From positions 1 to 51,997 of the IMG/VR virus record IMGVR_UViG_3300029319_000074: a stretch of DNA of 51,997 nt. One strand, 5' to 3'. Positions 27,316 to 35,500 of this stretch are shown here, piece by piece. This DNA is from a virus (lineage: Duplodnaviria; Caudoviricetes). Below the pieces are notes generated by a model. That model worked only from the letters and a program-made list of their open reading frames with translations. It did no database searches and was not told the origin of the DNA. Made by a program: the position numbers and the translations under genes. Numbering within the stretch: the stretch's first letter is position 1; each line of letters begins with the position of its first letter.

Positions 27316-27729
27316 ATGACAAATATAAAAGCATTTGGGCAGTTCAGCCCGTTCTCTGTTGGTTTTGATGAAATGTTTAATACATTGCAAAGAGCATCAA
27401 CACCAGCATCAAACTATCCACCTTATAATATTATTAAAAAAGGTGAAGCATACTTTATTGAAATGGCAGTAGCAGGGTTTAAACAGTCTGATATTGAAAT
27501 TGAAATAGAAGATAATACTTTAAGAGTCTCTGCAACTTATGGAGATAGAGATGATGATATAGAATTTGTTCACAAAGGAATTTCTGAACGAGGATTTTAT
27601 AAATCATTTGCTCTTGCAGAGTATGTTGAAGTTAAAAAAGCTAAGATGTCTGATGGTATTCTAGTAATTGAACTAGAAAAAAACATACCAGAAGAGCAAA
27701 AACCTAAAAAAATTAAAATTTCTAGGTAA
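27316..27729 (+). CDS. hsp20: Small heat-shock protein (Hsp20, IbpA-like)
   Basis: VGFD, NYPPYNI, IEMAVAGF, HKGISER and C-terminal PKKIKI; start reassigned to ATG 27316 after AAGGAG. Confidence 0.92.
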   Translation: MTNIKAFGQFSPFSVGFDEMFNTLQRASTPASNYPPYNIIKKGEAYFIEMAVAGFKQSDIEIEIEDNTLRVSATYGDRDDDIEFVHKGISERGFYKSFALAEYVEVKKAKMSDGILVIELEKNIPEEQKPKKIKISR

Positions 27730-27852
27730 AAATAGCTAAATCCTCTGAGAGGCACGGAGAAGCCCGTGGTTGAATAATAGGTCTTTTTGAAGCAAAGGTA
27801 TTAACTACCCTCTAAATGTTTAACCTCGGGCATCCTGTGAGGTCAATTTTCT

Positions 27853-28959
27853 CTAATCGCCCTGTTTTATAGTAATTGTTGATGAACTTCCACCATTTAC
27901 TATAATTTGTGTACTCTTTCCATTTTGTACAAGAATAACAGTATAAGAACCTGACTTATCTAAATCTAATCTTACTGTATCTTCTAATGATTTTAAGAAT
28001 GTTATGATATTATCTGTAGCAAAAGTATTAACTTGGGTGTTAGCATCAAAGCCCATAGTTGTTCCTTTTAAATCTAAGTCAGCTTTTAATAAAGTTTCTG
28101 TCTGGTCTAACTCATTTACATCTTGTATTATATCTAACAAGTCTTCAAGAAAGTTTACATCTAAATAATTTATATCTAATTCAGTAAACTCTAACTCATC
28201 TTCTGCAAGATAGTCTACTTCTAAATCATCAAACTCAAGGAAGTCAGCATCAAGAATATTAGAAACGCTACTTCCATCTTCTCCCTGTACATCTATGTTC
28301 TCCTGTGGTGGGGTTACTATTAACATATTATCTATTAACTCTAAAGTAATATCTAATATAACTGGTTTAGTAGGTTCTGTCTCAAACATAGAAACTGTAG
28401 TAGCTTGATAGGGTTTGTTAAGCAATACTTCTCCTATAGCTGTTGCTACTAATATCTCTCCACTAGGAGTACCATCATCTTTGGGCAGTAATATAATTAA
28501 AGACTCTCCAATCTCATTGACTGTAATTGTAAAGTCTGTACCACGAATAGAAACATTAGCACTCGGAGTTGAGATAGCAATGTTCTCTTTGTTTATATTA
28601 TTTAATTTACCAGTAATAAACCTTGCAGTACCACTAGCAAATTGCAAAGCCATTTTAGACTTTGAAGGATTAGGGTCATAGATAAACTCATCTATAACTA
28701 ATTGTGAATGTTCTGTTAGTCTAACTCTAGTATCATTAAGAAATGTTATTCCTATTCTACCATTAGAAGTTTCAACATTGTCATAACTTTCTATACCAAA
28801 AGATAAGGCAGCATCATAAGGTATATCCCTTACAATTCTGCCTGTACCTTTAAGTTCTGTTACGCTTCCTATACTAGCATCCGACTGTTGTGCCACCATC
28901 GTTTTGGATAACACAGACAGTACCAGAGTTGCCAGTAGAAAGTATCTTGAGCCAATCAT
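27853..28959 (-). CDS. FecR-domain protein with acidic C-terminal half
   Basis: Signal/TM; IGSV...G; D.VETSNGR..I.F.DT...L; GTARF; TPSANVSIRGTDF. Confidence 0.8.
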   Translation of the reverse strand: MIGSRYFLLATLVLSVLSKTMVAQQSDASIGSVTELKGTGRIVRDIPYDAALSFGIESYDNVETSNGRIGITFLNDTRVRLTEHSQLVIDEFIYDPNPSKSKMALQFASGTARFITGKLNNINKENIAISTPSANVSIRGTDFTITVNEIGESLIILLPKDDGTPSGEILVATAIGEVLLNKPYQATTVSMFETEPTKPVILDITLELIDNMLIVTPPQENIDVQGEDGSSVSNILDADFLEFDDLEVDYLAEDELEFTELDINYLDVNFLEDLLDIIQDVNELDQTETLLKADLDLKGTTMGFDANTQVNTFATDNIITFLKSLEDTVRLDLDKSGSYTVILVQNGKSTQIIVNGGSSSTITIKQGD

Positions 28960-29590
28960 TATCTAATGTACTTAGTTGTTGTATATTGAAAGTTCTAGAA
29001 TTACCGGTTTGGTCTAAATAAAAATAACCACCAGCATAACCACTACCTGTAAAAGTAACTTCGTTACTATCCCCATCTATATCAACATAAGAAGTACCAC
29101 CATCATAGTTAATATCAAAATCAAGTGTGTTACTACTACCATTAATAATCCAATCTAAATCTGTATTACTAGCCATAGCACTTGTACCTACATCTAGTGT
29201 AAAAGTATTACTGCTACCTGTAGTATCTACATTAAAGTTAGAACTATCAATTCCATAAGTATTAGTTGGGTCTGCTTGAATAGTAAATGTATTACTATCT
29301 CCATCAAATTCAAAAAATCCTGTTACAGAATCACCTGTAATATCACCAAGAAACTTGTTACTATCTCCGATTTGATTAATATCTAATGTTAAATTTAGTC
29401 CATCTAAATCTAGAGCAGTTAAAGTTCCAGCAACAGAATTTAATCCACCCATAATATTTCCAGAACCAAGTTGTTCTAAATCTATATTAGCAGTAGCACC
29501 TGATTGGTCAATGTATATTTCATTGTCAGCCCCGTATGTTGGCGATGCAATCATCATCACAACTAGGCTCATCAATATTAATTGTTTCAT
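28874..29590 (-). CDS. Curlin-like (CsgA/CsgB-like) secreted beta-repeat protein
   Basis: Sec signal; repeats IDQSG, LEQLGSGN, INQIGDSN, FDGDSN, TTGSSN, INGSSN, IDGDSN and LDQTGNS. Confidence 0.6.
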   Translation of the reverse strand: MKQLILMSLVVMMIASPTYGADNEIYIDQSGATANIDLEQLGSGNIMGGLNSVAGTLTALDLDGLNLTLDINQIGDSNKFLGDITGDSVTGFFEFDGDSNTFTIQADPTNTYGIDSSNFNVDTTGSSNTFTLDVGTSAMASNTDLDWIINGSSNTLDFDINYDGGTSYVDIDGDSNEVTFTGSGYAGGYFYLDQTGNSRTFNIQQLSTLDNDWLKILSTGNSGTVCVIQNDGGTTVGC

Positions 29591-30380
29591 ATTCCCAATA
29601 CCCTCTTTCTATTCCTATTTCTATTAAGTTTAATACTCCAGTTTCTATTGCCTTTTGCAAAGCTATAGAACCCACCTCATTCTCAGCGACACCTCCCTCT
29701 ATCTCTACAAGTTCTGTGCCTTGTTCAATAAAACGAAAGATGTCCTGAGAAATACTTGTCGATAAAATATTTTTAGAAACTGCAGATTCCATTAATATTT
29801 CACCTGTAGATACAGAAACTAATCGCAATGATATAGTTACTACATCTTCTCGGTATTGTTTACTATTACCTATTCCTAAGTATCTAGCACCAATACCACC
29901 AGATTGAATGTTTGTGTCATAACTAATAACTCCACCTTGCATTATAAGACCAGCAAATAATAAAGGTTGTAGTTTTTGGTCTTCTTCAAAGTTCTCTCTG
30001 GTTGACCGGATTAGTTGTCGTTCTTTAGTAAGGTTATCTAAACCTACTCGTTCAACAACTCTAAAAAAATTACCATTAGCAGCATGTTTCAAAGCTCTGA
30101 TAAGCAATGCTTCAGGAGCTTGGGTAACTGCTGTACTAAATAAAGCAAAGCTACTATTACTTTTTCTTTGCCCTGTTAAATCTTGAAAGCTATCTCTATA
30201 TACTGCTATTACTGGTTTCTTTTTTGCAGGAGGTAATTCAGCTAATTCAACTGATTGTAAATCTAAAATATTAGCAGGTAATATATCTCTAGTTAGTGAT
30301 AGGTCTCTGTTCTCGTTTAAGACTGCACAACTAGAAACTAAAATTACCAATAGGAAGCTGTATAGTAGTTGTATCGCCAT
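29526..30380 (-). CDS. csgG: Curli secretion channel CsgG-like lipoprotein
   Basis: Lipobox LVSSC; FQDLTGQRK, FSTAVTQ, VERVGLDNLTKERQLIR and GGIGARYLGIG. Confidence 0.9.
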   Translation of the reverse strand: MAIQLLYSFLLVILVSSCAVLNENRDLSLTRDILPANILDLQSVELAELPPAKKKPVIAVYRDSFQDLTGQRKSNSSFALFSTAVTQAPEALLIRALKHAANGNFFRVVERVGLDNLTKERQLIRSTRENFEEDQKLQPLLFAGLIMQGGVISYDTNIQSGGIGARYLGIGNSKQYREDVVTISLRLVSVSTGEILMESAVSKNILSTSISQDIFRFIEQGTELVEIEGGVAENEVGSIALQKAIETGVLNLIEIGIERGYWEYETINIDEPSCDDDCIANIRG

Positions 30381-30825
30381 TACTGTCCGTTATCACCAAA
30401 GTTATTATTCCATCTTCAACACTATATGTAATAGTGTTACCTTCTAAAGTTAAAGTACCTTCTGTACTTGCTGTTTCTCCAAACAAATTTTCTACTAACT
30501 GTCTTGATAGCTGTGCATATATTCTAGATTCTAAATTTCTTATAAATCTTGCAAGTGTTGTGTTTTCTTTGTCTCTTTTTATTTGGTCTTGTAAAGCTTT
30601 TATTTCTTCTTTTATAGACATCTTTCTATTAAACTCTTGATTTTCTATAGTAAGATAATGTGCAGATGTACCAACGCCACTAAAACTAGGATTCTTAAAT
30701 TGATGAACCATCTCATCTGCCATATTATTAATTGACCAAAACATAATAAGCATAGTCCAAAAGAACATGCAAAATTTACAGTTTCTGTCAGTTACTTTAC
30801 CATTAAATGTTGGTTTTAATTTCAT
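30331..30825 (-). CDS. csgF: Curli assembly component CsgF-like
   Basis: Signal peptide then MVHQFKNPSFSG (compare CsgF FQFRNPNFGG); ESRIYAQLSRQL; immediately upstream of csgG. Confidence 0.8.
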   Translation of the reverse strand: MKLKPTFNGKVTDRNCKFCMFFWTMLIMFWSINNMADEMVHQFKNPSFSGVGTSAHYLTIENQEFNRKMSIKEEIKALQDQIKRDKENTTLARFIRNLESRIYAQLSRQLVENLFGETASTEGTLTLEGNTITYSVEDGIITLVITDSNGDTTTIQLPIGNFSF

Positions 30826-30826
30826 A

Positions 30827-31066
30827 TTAAAATATCCTAGTGTTTAACCAAAAGACTGAAAACATAAGTCCTATCATAAATAATTGTATGAAAGACATTA
30901 ATGCAACTATACCTAATTGTTTTTCAGCCCAAGGTTTTAATTCTTGTTCGTTCCAAATTTCTTGCTCTTCTATTGTAGATTTACAAGGTTTAAAATTAAA
31001 TTGTCTTTGTTGATAGTGTTTATTTTTAATAGAAGATATAGGTCTTTTCCATGCATCTTGTTTCAT
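30827..31066 (-). CDS. Small membrane protein
   Basis: C-terminal TM helix. Confidence 0.5.
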   Translation of the reverse strand: MKQDAWKRPISSIKNKHYQQRQFNFKPCKSTIEEQEIWNEQELKPWAEKQLGIVALMSFIQLFMIGLMFSVFWLNTRIF

Positions 31067-31413
31067 TAATCTTTCCTTTGGTCATCTCTATCTGCCTTTG
31101 CTATCTTTTCTATATCTATTAAGTTAGGAACTCCTAACAATGTTTTTAAAAGAACATCTTGTCTAATACTTTGATTATCCATTGCTCTTACTCTATCTAT
31201 TAAACTTACAATAATGCCATACTGACTGTCAAGTTTAGTTGTAACTCTTTCTTCCATGGTATCTAAACTAACTTGTACTTTATCATCTAAAGTATCTAGT
31301 TTAGTTTCCATGCCATCAATAATTCTATTTATAAGTTTCCATATAAATAAACCTAAACCTAAAGCTGCTGCTATAGGAAAGCCTACTTCACTTATTAACG
31401 CTACTGCATCCAT
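31066..31413 (-). CDS. Holin-like/membrane protein (N-terminal TM + coiled coil)
   Basis: ISEVGFPIAAALGLGLFIW; in the lysis cluster. Confidence 0.5.
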   Translation of the reverse strand: MDAVALISEVGFPIAAALGLGLFIWKLINRIIDGMETKLDTLDDKVQVSLDTMEERVTTKLDSQYGIIVSLIDRVRAMDNQSIRQDVLLKTLLGVPNLIDIEKIAKADRDDQRKD

Positions 31414-31886
31414 TAGTCTTTAGTAGAGTTAGAAGCTCCAAAATAAAAACTTATAACTGCTGATGCTAAACCACCTAAATATCCTAACACTAAATTAATT
31501 AGAGCTTCGCTGTTTTGCTCTGGTGGTTGTAGAGTTACTAAGAATATATATCCTAGAAAGCCACCTACTGTAGCTATACCCATAATACGAGCAGTCCAAT
31601 CTTTGCTAAAGTTTTTTCTAGCATCTTGTGTGTCTGCTACTTCTAGTTTATATACATCAACATCAAGTTCTTTCATCTGAACTTCAAAAGCTTGTTCAGC
31701 TTTTTTAAGTTCTAGCATCTGTTCAGGTGTTGCTTCTGATATACCCTTTTCTATTGCTTTTGGATTATTAGGTACACCTAACACTTCAGCTATCATATTA
31801 GCAGCCATACCACCCATAGGACCACCTAAAGCAGTTCCTAATGTTGGAGCTACAGCACCTACTACATTTTTTAATAACGCTTTCAT
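31413..31886 (-). CDS. Putative holin
   Basis: APTLGTALGGP N-terminus, two TM helices, FYFG C-terminus; near the lysozyme. Confidence 0.55.
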   Translation of the reverse strand: MKALLKNVVGAVAPTLGTALGGPMGGMAANMIAEVLGVPNNPKAIEKGISEATPEQMLELKKAEQAFEVQMKELDVDVYKLEVADTQDARKNFSKDWTARIMGIATVGGFLGYIFLVTLQPPEQNSEALINLVLGYLGGLASAVISFYFGASNSTKD

Positions 31887-31887
31887 A

Positions 31888-32127
31888 TTACTCCTTATCT
31901 AAAGTTAATGTTCCCTCTAACATACCATCAATAGAACTTAATACCCATTCAGGTACATCATCTATTAATATCTCCTCTTTCTCAGCTTTAACTAAATGTA
32001 AACTGATTAAATCTTCATACAGGCTTCTAAACTGTTCTCTAGTAACCCAAGGCTCATCACATTTAGTTCTAGCTTTACAATCTAATCTATATGCTCTATC
32101 TAAATCTTTTTCTAAGTAGAGCAGCAT
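31888..32127 (-). CDS. Hypothetical protein
   Basis: Coupled ORF. Confidence 0.5.
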   Translation of the reverse strand: MLLYLEKDLDRAYRLDCKARTKCDEPWVTREQFRSLYEDLISLHLVKAEKEEILIDDVPEWVLSSIDGMLEGTLTLDKE

Positions 32128-32570
32128 TCTAATACCATCTTTTGCAGTTCAATACTTCTTCTACCTACTTGACCAAACCAACGACTATCTTCCATTTGTC
32201 TAGCCATTTCTTGCCAGTCATGCGACCTACAAGCTGCTAACATATTTTTAAATTTAGATAATCTTGTAGCACCTAAATTAAAACACATATTAACTAATAC
32301 TCTTTGTATATCTTCTGGTAAATTATAAAATGCCTCATCTGTTCCAAATACATGTATTGTTTCAGCTAAATGTTTTTTAAAGTCATCTTCAAAATACATG
32401 TCAACAACTTTTTCAGATACTTTAGTTCCTACTTCCCAGTTATACTCAGGGTCTTCAGGCTGACAAAGATGTCCAATACCTAAAGTTTTATAGCCTAAAC
32501 TATCTTCATATATTTCTAACACTTTACCTTCATGTCTAGTTATTTCTTGTTTGCATAGTTCTATATTCAT
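32112..32570 (-). CDS. Endolysin, T4-type lysozyme (GH24)
   Basis: HEG...YEDSLGYKTLGIGH (E-D-T triad), NMCFNLG and SRWFGQVGRR. Confidence 0.88.
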   Translation of the reverse strand: MNIELCKQEITRHEGKVLEIYEDSLGYKTLGIGHLCQPEDPEYNWEVGTKVSEKVVDMYFEDDFKKHLAETIHVFGTDEAFYNLPEDIQRVLVNMCFNLGATRLSKFKNMLAACRSHDWQEMARQMEDSRWFGQVGRRSIELQKMVLECCST

Positions 32571-35500
32571 AATCCTAATTCCTCCATTTGAGATTTATAT
32601 GGACTACCAGTAAAAGGGTCTACTCTATCTGCTGGGTCTTCTTTAGTAAAAGGAACATTATCCTCACCAACTACTAGACCACCTCTAGCAAATAATTTTA
32701 ATGGCTTTTTCATTTTAGGCGATATATCTAATGAAATAGTTTTTAACTTTTTAGGTTCAACAAATTTATTATTTATCTTTTGTGCCATCTCAACTGTATC
32801 ATCATCTATTATATCCATTCTACTTAGTTGTTTTGCTTTTTGTTCAAAAGCTTTATAAACTTCATCTGAACTTACAGTTACATCTGTTTCATCAAGTAAA
32901 ATTTTATTTGTTTTAGGTTCTATATTATACTGTTCTCTACCTATTTTTTTAAGAGCTTTAGGTATTAAATTTCCATAAATATCTATAAACTTTTTACCTT
33001 CTCCTAAAGCTAATCTATTTACATCTATTACTAAAGTATTATCAGGAGAATCAATAACATTATTTAATCTATTGAAAATATCATCTAGTTCTGTTATATT
33101 GTTATCTTTAATAAATTGAAGATAAAAATCTTCTGGATTATCTCTTAAACTAATAGCCATAGGAGTATCTAATAAAGCTCCTGCATTATCTGTACTATCA
33201 TTAATTAATTTTTTAAGTGGTCCATCAAATCCTAATTCTCTAATCATTTGGTCAACTGTATCTATTTTAGTTGCTAAAGAATAACCATCAAGAAAGTCAG
33301 GAGGTGTATTAAATAATTCATCTTGAGATTTTAATTTAAGAGGATTTTCTGGATTAAATAATTCATATTTATCCACACCATCTACTTTTAATGTAAATCT
33401 ATTTTGTGAACGACTTATTTCAAAATTATTTATATAATTAGATTTTTTATTATTTCTTATTAATTGTGTTAAAGGGTCAGCAAAAGATATTCTATCAAAT
33501 CCACCATCTTTAATAGCTAATTGAATTGCATCTTTTACAGCTACTTCTACCCATGCTAAATCTTTATAAGGAAAATCAGGAACTATTCCGGGCTTATCTA
33601 CATCTGATATATATCCATATTCTTCACCTAATTGATGTACATCTGATTGTATTTCATCTACATATAAAACTTTTTTACCATCTGTATCTATTCTATTACT
33701 AACTCTATAATGTAATAATTCATTAACACCTTTAGTATCTGGATAATGTGCTCTTATTGATTTAACAAACTCTGGATTATAATCTATTTCTTTTGGATTT
33801 TCTAAATATAATTGTATTTCTCTATACTCATCACTACCACCAGCCGATAATCTAAAACTAGATAAGTCACTATATTCTGTAGGTAAAGTATCTTCGCCTG
33901 TAAATAAAGTATCAGGAACACCTTCTTGACCTCTAATTTTTTCAGCCGGATTAATTTTTATATTTTTAGTAAGTAAACCTCGTTCAGTTAAATAAGCATT
34001 TAATTTAACTAAAGCTTCATCTTTAGGTACAAAATCATCCGTAAGAAATATTCTATTATCTCCAACTCCTATAGTAGCTTGATAACCTTCAACTTGATTA
34101 CCCAATAAAGCAAAGTCAGTTCCTTCTATATTACCAGTTAAATATTCGTAACCTTCTTGTTCTCGTGATTTAGTTATAGCTTCAATTATCTCTTCATCTG
34201 TAGCACCTCGATAAGCTTCATTACCTGCATCTCGCATGTCTATTTCTGCTCTAGCTGCATATTCAATATCTTCATTTAAATATTGTCTTGTCATAGGTTC
34301 ATCAAGGCTTAAATAATCTTGAACATTATCTTTTTCTCCAGTAAGAGTAGGAGACTCTGTTCTTACTACTCTACTTAATTGTGGTTTATTTTCTTGAATA
34401 TATTGTATTACATCATTAGGTGTTGTGTCTTCTGTTATTTGTAGTTTATTTAAATCTATAAACTCTAGCTCTTGTTTTTTAAATTGTCTTTTAGGGCTTT
34501 GTAAAAAATTTACAAATGCTTCTGCATTAGAAAATTGTTTAACATTACTAACAGCCACTTCTTCTATATTAGAAGTAAACCCAGCTTCATCTACTTTAAC
34601 TTTTATATCAGGAACTAGATTTCCACCACCTCCCATGGTATCATCACCTCTTCTAGCTCTGATTGTTTTTAAACCTTTTGCAGTTAGTTTAGGAACTGCA
34701 CCTATTAAAGGTATAGCACCAAGTCCTTCAGCAACAGCAATACCAGCAGATAAAGGGTCTTCTACAGTAAAAGGTAAATTAGGAACAGGGCTAGTTGGAT
34801 TTACACCTTTTAAATATTCTCCAACAGTTTTCATTCTAGGTTTAGCTTTTTCAGTATAAACTGCAGCACCAGTTAAAGATAAAGGAAAATTAGTTACAGG
34901 AGGAATGTAACCTGCTATTTGTTGTTCTATTGGTAAAGTTTCGTAAGCTTCAAAAGCTTCTCTGTAATCTCCTTTCCTAGCTCCTTCTAAAACTTTTTTA
35001 CTTGATTCAATTCCTCTTTCTACTCTATCAGATAAAAACTTTTTAGTTTCTTCTATAGCTTGAGGCATCTCTTCAGATAACTGACTATAATATTGATATT
35101 CATCTACTAAACCTCCTAACTGAAAAGGTGGTCTAGGTCTTATTGGTTTATCTTCATCTTCTTCAGGTTCAAATGTTGGTTGAGAAAAATCATTCTCTCT
35201 AGCCCATTGCATTAAATCTTTATAAGCTTCAGGATTTGTTTGTCTTAATACTGTAACTCCGGGTATTTTAGATACAGCAATTTGTAATGATGTTCTACCA
35301 CTTCTATCAACAACATCAATAATATCACCTATGACAGGACCAGCTAAATTTCTAAGCACAGAGTCTGGTAAAGTTCTATATCTTCTATTATCTTCTATTC
35401 TAGCATATTGTTCTAATGGACCCCAAAGTCCAGTTCTTCTAGAAGCATTACCAATAAATTCTTCTAAAGTAATTTCTCCTTCTTCTAGTTTGTCTAATTC

